Shown: piece by piece, positions 29,501 to 39,251 of the stretch
How the letters are laid out: every line of letters begins with the position of its first letter
How positions within the stretch are numbered: the stretch's first letter is position 1
Origin: an uncultured Candidatus Rokubacteria bacterium
GTDB lineage: Bacteria > Methylomirabilota > Methylomirabilia > Rokubacteriales > DASRDR01
Reading direction: 5' to 3'
Assembly (NCBI GenBank): GCA_963826115.1
Contig: CAWGVS010000005.1
Coordinates: 1,632,001-1,696,000 of the forward strand
Length of the DNA: 64,000 bases
Position numbers and translations under genes: made by a program
The notes under the pieces: generated by a model
Told to the model about the DNA's origin: nothing
The model's input: the letters and a program-made list of their open reading frames with translations, nothing else
Database searches by the model: none

Positions 29501-29581
29501 CTCCCTACGCCGGCATTACCCGGGTCAGGTTCAACGGGTATGTTCTCAGGCTCGGCCGCGCGGACCGAACCACCCCGGACT
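29501..29581 (-). ncRNA. TPP riboswitch
   Basis: Minus strand GGGGTG...CTGAGAACATACCCGTTGAACCTGACCCGGGTAATGCCGGCGTAGGGAG, immediately before the thiD ATG. Confidence 0.93.
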
Positions 29582-29772
29582 GCTGCTCTGATGATAACGC
29601 AGGCCTGGCGGCGCGCAAGAGCGCGGCGGGAAGCGTATCTCGGTCCGTCGCCTTGACGCCGCCGCCGGTCGCTCGGCGGCGGCGTCAGGCTCCGGACGGG
29701 GAAGGGCGGCGTGTCCGGCCTGCGTGCGAGTGGTGGAGCAGGCGCAGCCGCGCCGAACCGGCCGGATCTCGG

Positions 29773-31746
29773 CTACGAGCCGATCACCCCGCCGTCCACC
29801 TTGGTGATCGCCACCACCGACGGGCGTGGAGGCACGCCCGCGTTGAAGTCTGGCCAGCGGGTCGTCGGCTTCTCGAACGTCGAGCCCTTCTCGTCGCCCG
29901 GATGCTGGACTGCCACGAACAGGGTCTTATCGTCGGGCGTGAAGAACGGCCCGCACAGCTCGGAGCCCCGCGGCGTGCGGAGGAAGTGCCTGGTGAGCGC
30001 CCGGCCGTTGCCGACCATGTCGGTGCCCCACAAACCGTCGGCAAAGCCCGCGGCGCTGGGGGCCCCGTCCGTGGCGATCCACAGGCGCCCGCGGCTGTCC
30101 ACGGCGCAGTTGTCTGGGCACGACAGCCAGCCGTTCTCCGTCACCTCGGAATGGTACTTTGCGCCGTCCTCGGGCTTCTTCGGATCGCCCGCCAGCAGCA
30201 GGATGTTCCAGCGGAACTTGAGGGCGGCGTGGTCGGCGTCGGCGCCGCCGCCCGGCGGCACGAGCTCGACGACGTGGCCATGCTTGTTCTTGGCGCGCGG
30301 GTTGGGTCCGTCCACCTTCTCCTGGGTGCGACTGGTGTTGTTCGTCAGGATCAGAATGACGGTGCCCGTCACCGGGTTGGGCTCGACGTCCTCCGGCCGA
30401 TCCATCGGCGTGGCCCCGAGAAGGTCCCCCGCGCGGCGCGCCTCGATCAGAACGTCCGCCTGGCTGTTGAAGCCCTTATCCGGCGTCAGTGGCCCGGCGC
30501 CCCACACCAGCGGCAGCCAGGTCAGCGTGCCGTCGGCGTCGAACCGCGCGACGAACAAGGTGCCCGAGTCGAGAATGTCCCTGTTGGCCGCGCGGTTATC
30601 CGGATCGAAGCGCCGGTCGGAGATGAACTTGTAGAGATAGTCGAATCGCTCGTCGTCACCGGAATAGGCCACGACCCGACCGTCCTTGTTGATGATCGTG
30701 TTGGCACCCTCGTGCTTGAAGCGTCCCATCGCGGTGCGCTTCACCGGGACGGACAGGGGGTCGTAGGGGTCGAACTCGACCATCCAACCGTAGCGATTGG
30801 GCTCGTTGGGCTCTTTCGCGACGACCAGGCGGTCGTGGTAGCGGTGCCAGCCGTACCAGCTGACCTTGGGTAGACCGTAGCGCTTGTGATTGGCGGCTTC
30901 CTTGGTGCCGGCGCCGTCCCCGCTGAAGTAGCCGTTGAAGTTCTCCTCGGCAGTCATCACCGTGCCCCACTGGGTGATCCCGCCGGCACAGTTGTTGAGG
31001 GTACCGACGACCCGCGTGGCGGTCGGGTCGGCCGAGGTCTTCAGCCGATCGTGTCCCGCTGCCGGGCCCGCGACGCGCATCTCGCTCGTCGATGCGGTAA
31101 TCCGCCGAGCGTAGCGGCTGTTCGGCACCACCGTCCACTTGCCGCCCTCTCGCTTCACCTCGATGACCGAGAGCCCGTGGGCGGCCATCTCGACATCGAC
31201 CTGCTCGCGGGTCAGCGCGTCGTTGAAGTCCTTCTCCGGCAATCCCGGGAACATCAGATCGGTGTTGGTGTATTCGTGGTTGATCACCAGCAGCCCGTGG
31301 TCCGAGTTCTTCGATCCGGCCGGCAGGGGGAGGTATCCGATGAAATCGTTGTTGTAGCCGAACTGCTTCATCTGAGCGCCGACCGTCTGCCGCATCGGGT
31401 CGAACGGGATCGCGCCACCTTCAACCGGATCGCCCCACCGAATCAGGACGGTCTGATCGTAGCCCTCGGCGACGTGGAATCGCTCGTCGTTACCGTGGGG
31501 CAGTTCCTTGAACGTCAGGCTGGAAGCCTGGGCGAGAGCGTCCCACCCGCCGATACGAGACACGCCGACTGCCGCCGCCACTGCGGAGACGCCCCTCAAG
31601 AAATCTCGGCGGTTGAAGCGGGCTTCGACGACCTCCTGGAACGTCGCGCGCTCGTCGACGACCGGGTTGGAATGGACGCCCTCGTCGTTGAACGGGCGCG
31701 TCCCCTGGGCTAGGCTCTTCCCGCCTTCGGCGGTCTGCTGCGGCAT
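29773..31746 (-). CDS. phoX: PhoX family alkaline phosphatase (Tat-exported)
   Basis: RRDFL, FGYNNDF, INHEY, NNCAGG, AEEN, GRFKHE, MDRPED, CPDN, VQHPG. Confidence 0.93.
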   Translation of the reverse strand: MPQQTAEGGKSLAQGTRPFNDEGVHSNPVVDERATFQEVVEARFNRRDFLRGVSAVAAAVGVSRIGGWDALAQASSLTFKELPHGNDERFHVAEGYDQTVLIRWGDPVEGGAIPFDPMRQTVGAQMKQFGYNNDFIGYLPLPAGSKNSDHGLLVINHEYTNTDLMFPGLPEKDFNDALTREQVDVEMAAHGLSVIEVKREGGKWTVVPNSRYARRITASTSEMRVAGPAAGHDRLKTSADPTATRVVGTLNNCAGGITQWGTVMTAEENFNGYFSGDGAGTKEAANHKRYGLPKVSWYGWHRYHDRLVVAKEPNEPNRYGWMVEFDPYDPLSVPVKRTAMGRFKHEGANTIINKDGRVVAYSGDDERFDYLYKFISDRRFDPDNRAANRDILDSGTLFVARFDADGTLTWLPLVWGAGPLTPDKGFNSQADVLIEARRAGDLLGATPMDRPEDVEPNPVTGTVILILTNNTSRTQEKVDGPNPRAKNKHGHVVELVPPGGGADADHAALKFRWNILLLAGDPKKPEDGAKYHSEVTENGWLSCPDNCAVDSRGRLWIATDGAPSAAGFADGLWGTDMVGNGRALTRHFLRTPRGSELCGPFFTPDDKTLFVAVQHPGDEKGSTFEKPTTRWPDFNAGVPPRPSVVAITKVDGGVIGS

Positions 31747-31811
31747 GGTTCCCTCCAGTGGTGTTGGCTGAGACGTCCCAAGAGCTGGCCCTCTACGCTT
31801 AGCGAAACTTC

Positions 31812-31838
31812 GTGACCGGATGTTTGCACATCGATGAC
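31812..31838 (-). promoter_or_regulatory. Pho-box-like repeats upstream of phoX
   Basis: Minus strand GTCATcgatgt GCAAAcatccg GTCAC. Confidence 0.7.
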
Positions 31839-31986
31839 ACTCTGATCTCGCTCCCCTTCCCGGGCTCCTCGCGGAAGCCTTCGCTCACCCCGGGCGACAC
31901 GTGACCATGCACGGTCTCGCGGGTCGGTTCGGATCGACGGCAGGAACGCGCGACGGACAAGTCCCCTGAGCGCGAACCCCGGCAGC

Positions 31987-32013
31987 GTCGCGCAACCTTC
32001 ACCAGGTGGTCAC
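31987..32013 (+). promoter_or_regulatory. Pho-box-like repeats upstream of phoD
   Basis: GTCGCgcaacc TTCACcaggtg GTCAC; TAGATT at 32035. Confidence 0.65.
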
Positions 32014-32145
32014 CGCCCCGAGATTCCAGCCAGCTAGATTCGCGGCGGCGCGGAACTCGGGCGCTGCGATACTGGATCGGAGGGCCTCCCGCGCGACGCC
32101 AGGACTCGCCCGAATGCGCCCGGAAGGCGCTCGAGGAGGCACGTC

Positions 32146-33711
32146 ATGACGCAGCCCAACTCCCCTAGCCGCCGCCGGTTCCTCCGCGACGCGCTCGCCG
32201 TCGGCGGTGCTCTCGCAGGCGCTGGCGCCTGGGCGCCGCGCGTCCACGCCCAGACGTCACGACCATCCGTCCCGTTCGGCGCGCAGACCGGCGAGATCAC
32301 CGCGGAGCGGGCCGTCGTGTGGAGCGCGACGGACCGCCCCGCCCGCCTGATCGTGGAGTACGCCGCGACCGAGCAGTTCCGGAACGCCCGGCGCGTCGTC
32401 GGCCCCGCGGCGCTCCCCGAGACAGGCCACACGGCCAAGATCGCCCTCACGGGTCTCCCGGCCGGCCAGGACGTCTTCTACCGGGCGGCCTTCCTCGACC
32501 TCGGCGACATGAAGACCACGAGCGACCCGGTGGTCGGACGCTTCCGCACCGCGCCGGTGGACGGTCGCGACGTGACCTTCGTCTGGTCGGGGGACACGGT
32601 CGGCCAGGGCTGGGGCATCAACCCCGGGTGGGGCGGTCTCCGGCTCTACGAGGTGATGCGAGGCCTCGAGCCGGACTTCTTCGTGAACAGCGGGGACATG
32701 ATCTACGCCGACGGCCCGCTGAAGGCCGAGGTCGATCTACCGGGAGGCGGCACCTGGAAGAACCTCGTCACCGAGGCGAAGTCGAAGGTTGCCGAGACCC
32801 TCGAGGAGTTCAGGGGTAACTATCGATATAACTTGATGGATGAGCATGCGCGTCGTTTCAACGGTCAGGTCGGGCAGTACGTCCAGTGGGACGACCACGA
32901 GGTGACGAACAACTGGTTCCACGAGCGGGTGCTCGAGGACGCCCGGTACTCGGTCAAGAGCGCCGGGCTCCTGGCGGCGCGGGCGAAGCGGGCGATGTTC
33001 GAGTTCACGACCCTCGTGGGCAACCGGGCCGAGAGCGACCGGGTGTACCGGCGGATCCGGCGCGGGCCGAACCTGGACCTCTTCATGCTCGACATGCGGA
33101 GCTACCGGGGGCCGAACGCCGAGAACCTCGAGACGACGCTGACCGACGCCGCGCGCATCCTCGGGCGGGAGCAGACCACGTGGCTGAAGCGCGAGCTCCT
33201 CGCCTCCCGCGCGACCTGGAAGGTGATCGCCGCCGACATGCCGCTCGGGCTGGTCGTGTACCACGACGCCGGCAAGAAGTGGGGGTCCGAAGCCGTCGCC
33301 CAGGGGAACGGCCCGGCGCTCGGCCGCGAGCTCGAGATCGCGGACATCCTCCGGTTCATCAAGCACAACGAGATCCGGAACGTCGTCTGGATCACCGCGG
33401 ACGTGCACTACTGCGCCACGCACCGCTACGACCCCGGCGCGGCCCAGTTCACCGACTTCGAGCCGTTCTACGAGTTCGTGTCCGGCCCGCTCCATGCCGG
33501 CGGGTTCGGCCCGAACGAGCTCGACGACACCTTCGGCCCCAGGGTCGTCTTCACGAAGAACCCGGCGGGACGGGTCAACGCGGCGCCGACCGAGGGCGGG
33601 CTCTACTTCGGCCACGTGCGGATCGACGGCAAGAGCGGTGTGATGACCGTGAGCCACCGCGATCTGGCCGGCGCCGTCCTCCACTCCATCGACCTCTCGC
33701 CCGCGGGCTGA
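32146..33711 (+). CDS. phoD: PhoD family alkaline phosphatase (Tat-exported)
   Basis: SRRRFL, SGDMIYAD, QWDDHEV, LDMRSYR, TADVHY. Confidence 0.93.
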   Translation: MTQPNSPSRRRFLRDALAVGGALAGAGAWAPRVHAQTSRPSVPFGAQTGEITAERAVVWSATDRPARLIVEYAATEQFRNARRVVGPAALPETGHTAKIALTGLPAGQDVFYRAAFLDLGDMKTTSDPVVGRFRTAPVDGRDVTFVWSGDTVGQGWGINPGWGGLRLYEVMRGLEPDFFVNSGDMIYADGPLKAEVDLPGGGTWKNLVTEAKSKVAETLEEFRGNYRYNLMDEHARRFNGQVGQYVQWDDHEVTNNWFHERVLEDARYSVKSAGLLAARAKRAMFEFTTLVGNRAESDRVYRRIRRGPNLDLFMLDMRSYRGPNAENLETTLTDAARILGREQTTWLKRELLASRATWKVIAADMPLGLVVYHDAGKKWGSEAVAQGNGPALGRELEIADILRFIKHNEIRNVVWITADVHYCATHRYDPGAAQFTDFEPFYEFVSGPLHAGGFGPNELDDTFGPRVVFTKNPAGRVNAAPTEGGLYFGHVRIDGKSGVMTVSHRDLAGAVLHSIDLSPAG

Positions 33712-33774
33712 GGCCGATCGCCGGGGCGCGGCCGCGAGCGCCAGCGGGCGCCCGGCCGCGCCGGACCCGGCCGG

Positions 33775-34197
33775 CTAGGCGCGGGTGGTGGGCGCACCCT
33801 CCGGGCTGAGCGCCAGCACGAGACACTCCGCGCTCGCCAGGTTGGTCGCCATCGCGACGTTGTGAAGGTCCGCCAGCCTGAGGAGCGCCGAGATGTCGGG
33901 CTCGTGGGGCTGGGCGGTCAAGGGATCCCTCAGGAAGATCAGGGCGTCCACCTCGCCCGACGCGAGCTCCGCGCCGATCTGGAGGTCCCCTCCCTGCGGG
34001 CCCGGCTGGAGCGTGCGGAGCCGGAGGCCCGTCGCGTCGCGGAGCGCCTCGCCCGTCGAGGCGGTCGCCAGGAGGTCCCAGTCCTTGAAGCTTCCGCGGT
34101 GGCGCTGGACGAAGGCGGCCAGCGCCGCCTTCTTGGCGTCGTGCGCCACCAGGGCGACCCGCCACCGGCGGGGCCGCCAGTCATCGGCAGTCAGCAT
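33775..34197 (-). CDS. mgsA: Methylglyoxal synthase
   Basis: ALVAHDAKK, ATASTG, GPQGGDLQIG, RDPLTAQPHEPD, ATNLASA. Confidence 0.92.
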   Translation of the reverse strand: MLTADDWRPRRWRVALVAHDAKKAALAAFVQRHRGSFKDWDLLATASTGEALRDATGLRLRTLQPGPQGGDLQIGAELASGEVDALIFLRDPLTAQPHEPDISALLRLADLHNVAMATNLASAECLVLALSPEGAPTTRA

Positions 34198-34258
34198 TCT
34201 CGTCTCCTCTCGCATGCGTGTCCTCGCTCTCATTCACGCGGGAGTCTAGGGCCGCGGC

Positions 34259-34285
34259 GTGACGCCGGCATTACGCCGGGGTGAA
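34259..34285 (-). promoter_or_regulatory. Pho-box-like repeats upstream of mgsA
   Basis: Minus strand TTCACcccggc GTAATgccggc GTCAC, then 10 nt and TAGACT. Confidence 0.7.
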
Positions 34286-34359
34286 CTCTGGGAGACGCCA
34301 GGCGCGCCGCGCCGCGCGCCCAGCATCGCGGCCGTGGTAGGGTCTCGCGAGACGCCGCG

Positions 34360-35343
34360 ATGGACGCCGCCGCCGGTCCCGCGATCAGCGTGGTCATGCC
34401 CGTGCACGACGGCGCCGCCTTCCTCGACCAAGCCATCGACAGCATCCTCGAGCAGACGTGGCGGGACTTCGAGCTCGTGATCCTCGACGACGGCTCGACC
34501 GACGACACGCCGCGGATCCTCGCGCGACGGGCGGCGCGGGACGGACGCATCCGTCTCGCGCGAAGCGCGGCTCCGGAGGGCTGGGGACGGAGCTCCGACC
34601 GCGTGGCGCGCCTCGCAAGGGCGCCCGTCTGCGCGCGGATGGACGCGGACGACGTCGCGCACCCGGAGCGCCTCATGCGCGAGTGGGCCGTGCTGCGCGA
34701 CCGGCCGGACGTGGTCCTGGTGGGGACGCTCGCGGAGGGCATCGACCGGCGGGGCCGGCGGGTGCGGCCCCGCGATCGCTCCGTCCTGTTCCGGCGGAGC
34801 CGGGTGCCGCCCTTCCCGCACGGCACGATCATGTTCCGGCAGGCGGCCTTCCTGGAGGTCGGAGGCTACCGGCCCCTCGAGGTCGGCGAGGACCTCGATC
34901 TCTGCCGGCGGCTGGCTCGCCGTGGACGCGTGGCGGTGCTGGTCGACGCGCTCTATCGCTACCGCTACCACGCCGGCTCCGCGACGCGCGGGCTGCTGGC
35001 CGACGTGAGCGGCCCCGGGCTCGACCAGATGGCCGCGGTCCTCACTCCCCCGCCCAGCGCCGTGAGCCCGCCGGCCGCCCGGCGCCGCGCGCTCTACTAC
35101 GCCGCCGCGTCCTCGGTCTGGGCCGGCGAGCGGCCGGGGATGGCCCCGCTCCGCACCGTCGCGGCGAACGGCCTCCTGACTCCGGGAGGGGTCAAGGTCG
35201 CGCTCCTGACGGGCGCCGCGCTCGTGAGCCCGCGCGCCACGCGAGCCATCCTGGGTCTCGGCATCCGAGCGCGCGACCGGCTGGCCGGCTGGCGACTCGG
35301 AGGGCGCCGGACGGTCGACTGGGAGCCGCCCGGGAACACGTGA
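34360..35343 (+). CDS. GT2 family glycosyltransferase
   Basis: ISVVMPV, LDDGSTD, RMDADD, GEDLDL. Confidence 0.88.
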   Translation: MDAAAGPAISVVMPVHDGAAFLDQAIDSILEQTWRDFELVILDDGSTDDTPRILARRAARDGRIRLARSAAPEGWGRSSDRVARLARAPVCARMDADDVAHPERLMREWAVLRDRPDVVLVGTLAEGIDRRGRRVRPRDRSVLFRRSRVPPFPHGTIMFRQAAFLEVGGYRPLEVGEDLDLCRRLARRGRVAVLVDALYRYRYHAGSATRGLLADVSGPGLDQMAAVLTPPPSAVSPPAARRRALYYAAASSVWAGERPGMAPLRTVAANGLLTPGGVKVALLTGAALVSPRATRAILGLGIRARDRLAGWRLGGRRTVDWEPPGNT

Positions 35344-35368
35344 GCGAGCGGGCGGGCCGGCGGGCGGC

Positions 35369-35938
35369 CTACGTCCCCGCGGACGCGGCCCGGCGGAACA
35401 GGAAGGCGTTCTCCGGCAGGGCCAGGTCCATGTGGAACCGGTCGGGTCCGACGGCCTCCACGCGGGCGACGATCGTCGTCATCTCGCCGGCGGCGAAGGC
35501 GTCGGCCACCGCCTCCATGAACTGGAAGAGCGTCTGCGCCTCCAGCACGCGCGGGCATCCCGCCGCGCGAGCCACGCCCGCCAGGTCGGTGCGCCCCGAC
35601 GCCGTGTGGGAGGCGAAGCCGCCCGTCGAGAGGAGGCTCCCGTTGTCGAAGACGACGTGCGTCAGGTTCGGCGGGCGATAGCGGCCGAGCGTCGCCAGGC
35701 CGCCCAGGTTCATCAGCACCGAGCCGTCCCCGTCGAGCACGACGACCCCGCGGTCCGGGCGGTTCAGCGCCAGCCCGAGCCCGATGGACGACGCGAGCCC
35801 CATCGCGTGCTGGAGGTAGAAGAACGTGTCGCGGTGACCGAGGTCGTACAGCTCCTGGGCCGTCGCCCCCATGATCGTCACCACGAGCCGGTCGCCCAGC
35901 TCGGGGTAGAGGGCGCCGAGGCAGTCGGCCCGCTTCAC
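35369..35938 (-). CDS. TPP-dependent decarboxylase beta subunit (ComE/phosphonopyruvate decarboxylase-like)
   Basis: AMGLASSIGLG, DGDGSVLMN...DNG TPP-binding motif. Confidence 0.82.
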   Translation of the reverse strand: MKRADCLGALYPELGDRLVVTIMGATAQELYDLGHRDTFFYLQHAMGLASSIGLGLALNRPDRGVVVLDGDGSVLMNLGGLATLGRYRPPNLTHVVFDNGSLLSTGGFASHTASGRTDLAGVARAAGCPRVLEAQTLFQFMEAVADAFAAGEMTTIVARVEAVGPDRFHMDLALPENAFLFRRAASAGT

Positions 35939-35960
35939 GCAGCTCCCCCCGCCATGCCCG

Positions 35961-36471
35961 TCAGTCCTCCATCAGGTCGCGCGACAGGAGGAGCGCCACC
36001 GGCCCGAGCGACGACCACGGCGAGCGCCTGGGCGTCGTGGATCTGCTGGCCGACGCGCGCCGGGTCGCGCGCGTGCTCGAACGGAAGCCCGAGGGCCCGG
36101 AGCACCGGCTCGGTCACGATGCCGCCCTGGGTGTGCCACGGGTACGGCTCGCCGAAGTGCCCGCGGTGCGCGACCAGCATCACGAGCGGGATCCGGTAGA
36201 GCATGGCCAGGGACACGATCCCGTTGACGCTGGCGAGGAAGCCGTGGTTCTGCATGAGGAGCGCGTTCCGGGCGCCCGCGAAGTAGGCGCCGGCCGCGAT
36301 GCCGATCGCCTCCTCCTCCTTGGCGACCTCGACCAGCGTCATCTCGGGGTCGTCCTCCGCCAGCTGGAGGAGGTACACGAGCCAGGTCTCCGGCAAGGCC
36401 GAGAGGAAGCGGATCCCGGCGGACTTGATCCCCTGGTAGACGGCCTTCGAGTTGTCCCGGGAGACCGTCAC
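35961..36471 (-). CDS. TPP-dependent decarboxylase alpha subunit (ComD-like), frameshift near 36018
   Basis: KEEEAIGIAAG, LMQNHG, IPLVMLVAHRG; the corrected end reads WSSLGPVALLLSRDLMED*. Confidence 0.8.
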
Positions 36472-37676
36472 GCCACCGGTGTCGCCGAGCGGAGCTTCGG
36501 ATGCGGCGCGTCGGTCGCCGACGCCGACGGCAGGAGGTCGCCGTCGCGGAACCGCGACCACCGGAAGGGCGTCAGGTCCCATCCGGCCGCGCGGCCCTCC
36601 AGGACCGACTCCGCCATGATGTCGCCGATCGCCAGCGAGTGCTTGAATCCGTGGCCGCTCCACCCGAAGTCGGCGTGGAGCCCCGCGTACTCGGCGATCG
36701 GCCCGAGCACCGGCTCGTGGTCCGGGGTGACGTCGTACACGCCCGAGTAGCCGCCCATCGAGAGGCCGTGCTCCATGACCGGGAAGCGGTTGGCGATCAG
36801 CTCGGCGCTCCGCATGACCTCCTGGGGGTCGGCGCCCTCGTTGTACTCGTCCGGATCCACCAGCTCCTGGTACGCGGAGGGCCCGCAGATCGTGAGGTTC
36901 CCGGTCTCGGGTCGCATGTACGTGCCGTTCGGCCGGTCGATCATCCCGGGATGTCGCTCGAATCCGGGCGGCCGGCGGAAGAAGCACATCTGATGGCGCG
37001 TCGGGGCGATCGGCACGGTGATGCCGAGCGGGGCCAGGAGCCGGGGCGCCCACAGGCCCGCGCAGACGACGACCGCGGGCGCGTGGATCTCGCCGCCCTG
37101 GGTGCGGACGCCCGTCACCCGGCCGCCGGACACGAGGAGCGCCTCCACCGGGACGTGCTGCACCACGGCGGCGCCGAGCTCGCGGGCGCGCGCCGCGAGC
37201 GCGTTCGTCGTCGACGAGGCGTCGGCGTAGCCGGACTCGGGCTCGTAGGCGGCCACCGCGAGGTCGTCTACCGTCATCTCGGGGACCAGCGCCTTGACCT
37301 CCGCGGGGGTGACCAGGTTGACGTTCGCCCCCAGCGTCCGCGCGCGTCGCACGTTCTCCGTGAGGTTCCCCGCGCGGTCGGCCGCGGCCAGCCAGAGGAT
37401 CCCGACCTGACGGAAGCCAGGGTCGCCGCCGCCGATGTCCTCCGCCCACCGCTGGAAGCGGGACGCCGAGGCGTTCCCGGTCCGCGTCAGGAAGTCCATG
37501 GCGTAGAAACGGCGGACGAGCGCGGAGGACCGGCCCGTCGGGCCCGAGGCCAGGAACTTGCGCTCGACCAGCACCACCCGGCCGCCGCGGCGGCGGGCGA
37601 GATGGTAGGCGACGCTGGCTCCGTGGACTCCCCCTCCCACGACGACGATATCGGCGGTGCGCGGCAGGTCGGCCAT
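36468..37676 (-). CDS. FAD-dependent oxidoreductase, DAO/sarcosine oxidase family
   Basis: GGGVHG, TGRSSALVR, YDVTPD, GWSGHGFK. Confidence 0.88.
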   Translation of the reverse strand: MADLPRTADIVVVGGGVHGASVAYHLARRRGGRVVLVERKFLASGPTGRSSALVRRFYAMDFLTRTGNASASRFQRWAEDIGGGDPGFRQVGILWLAAADRAGNLTENVRRARTLGANVNLVTPAEVKALVPEMTVDDLAVAAYEPESGYADASSTTNALAARARELGAAVVQHVPVEALLVSGGRVTGVRTQGGEIHAPAVVVCAGLWAPRLLAPLGITVPIAPTRHQMCFFRRPPGFERHPGMIDRPNGTYMRPETGNLTICGPSAYQELVDPDEYNEGADPQEVMRSAELIANRFPVMEHGLSMGGYSGVYDVTPDHEPVLGPIAEYAGLHADFGWSGHGFKHSLAIGDIMAESVLEGRAAGWDLTPFRWSRFRDGDLLPSASATDAPHPKLRSATPVA

Positions 37677-37855
37677 GCGGATCGAGCTCCTCTTCGGGCA
37701 GTCGTTCAGGATCGATCGCTCGACGGATCGCGAGCCAGTAGGATAGCAGACACTCGGAACGAGGGCCGGACGCGGCCGCGGGTCGCCGCCGGATCCCGGA
37801 GAGAACACGGAGAGAGCCGGGGCCGGGTCCGTGCCGGCTCCGAGGAGGCTCGGGC

Positions 37856-39232
37856 ATGGGTCGGCTTCGCGCCGGTGTCTGCCGCGTGGACATCACTCCG
37901 CCGCTCGGCGTCGAGCCCGGGGCCTGGCGGCTCCGGACCGGCCGGGCCGACGGCGTGGACGAGCCGCTCCTCGCGCAGGCCCTCGTGCTGGACGACGGAC
38001 GCCGCCGCGTGGCGCTCGTGGCCACCGACCTCCTGTGGATGCCGCGCCACGTGGCCGAAGCCGCGCGACGCCGGACCGCCGCGCTGACCGGGATCCCCGC
38101 CGAGGCCGTCCTGCTGAACGCGTCTCACAACCACAGCGCGCCGGTGCTGCTCGAGCCGGACAGCGTGCGGGCAGCGGTGCGCACCGACGGTCTGGACGGG
38201 TACGCGGCCGCGCTGCCCGACCGGCTGGCCGGCGCCGTCTACGGCGCGGTCGCGCGGCTCCAGCCGGCGACGATCGGCGCCGACGTGGGCCGGGCGCCCG
38301 GCGTGTCGGTCAACCGCGTGGACCCTCGGCGCTCGGTCGACGACACCATGACCCTGCTCCGCGTGGACGGCCCCGCCGGCGTGATGGCGGTCGTCGTGGG
38401 GTTCGCGTGTCACGGCACCTGCGTGGGCGGCCAGACTCTCCAGTGGAACGCCGACTTCCCGCACGCGCTCCGCACCACGGTCGAGCAGGCCCACCACGGG
38501 ACCGAGTGCCTCTTCTTCCAGGCGTGCGCCGGAGACCTGGCGCCCCTCGACTACTGGTTCGGGAACGAGCAGCCGGTCCCGCACGGATACGCCGCGCGCG
38601 ATCGGGTCGGCGGCGCGCTCGCCGCGGAGGTTCGGCGGATGCTGCCGACGATCGTCACCGCGGGTGACGTCGCACTGGCCGTCGAGTCGCGGATCGCGCC
38701 CCTCCGCCGCCGGCGCCTGCCGTTCACCGACGCCGAGCTCGACCGCGCGGAACGGCGCCTGGCCGCGCTGAGCGAGCCGCCGTTCCCCGAGGCCTGGCCC
38801 GGCGACGTCCACACCGCGACGTCGGCCCAGCGCTTCCCGCTCCACTACCAGCGTGGTGCGCTCTCGATGTACCGCGACATGCGCCGGCGGCAGGACGTGC
38901 CGGTCCAGGCGGAAGTCCAGGCCATCGCCGTGGGCGACATCGGGATCGTCGGCACCGGCTTCGAGCTCTTCAGCGGCCCGGGACGGGCCGTCCGCGAGCG
39001 GAGTCCCTTCCGGACCACGCTCGTGCTGGGCTACTGCAACGATTACCTGGGCTACCTCCCGCCCACCGAGGACTTCGACCGGATCGCCGACGTGCCGCTC
39101 GACGAGGTGCTGGACCAGGACCGCTACCGCTGGGCGTACGGGATCACCAACACGCACCTCGAGCGCGGCGAGATCGACCGGCTCCTGGCGGCGGCCGACG
39201 ACGCCCTCCGGGCGGTGAGGAAGGGTCGATGA
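37856..39232 (+). CDS. Neutral/alkaline ceramidase-like Zn amidohydrolase
   Basis: VDITPP, NASHNHSAP, VNR, FACHGT, ADFP, GYCNDYLGYLP. Confidence 0.72.
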   Translation: MGRLRAGVCRVDITPPLGVEPGAWRLRTGRADGVDEPLLAQALVLDDGRRRVALVATDLLWMPRHVAEAARRRTAALTGIPAEAVLLNASHNHSAPVLLEPDSVRAAVRTDGLDGYAAALPDRLAGAVYGAVARLQPATIGADVGRAPGVSVNRVDPRRSVDDTMTLLRVDGPAGVMAVVVGFACHGTCVGGQTLQWNADFPHALRTTVEQAHHGTECLFFQACAGDLAPLDYWFGNEQPVPHGYAARDRVGGALAAEVRRMLPTIVTAGDVALAVESRIAPLRRRRLPFTDAELDRAERRLAALSEPPFPEAWPGDVHTATSAQRFPLHYQRGALSMYRDMRRRQDVPVQAEVQAIAVGDIGIVGTGFELFSGPGRAVRERSPFRTTLVLGYCNDYLGYLPPTEDFDRIADVPLDEVLDQDRYRWAYGITNTHLERGEIDRLLAAADDALRAVRKGR

Positions 39233-39251
39233 AGCAGGAGCAGGACCGGCG

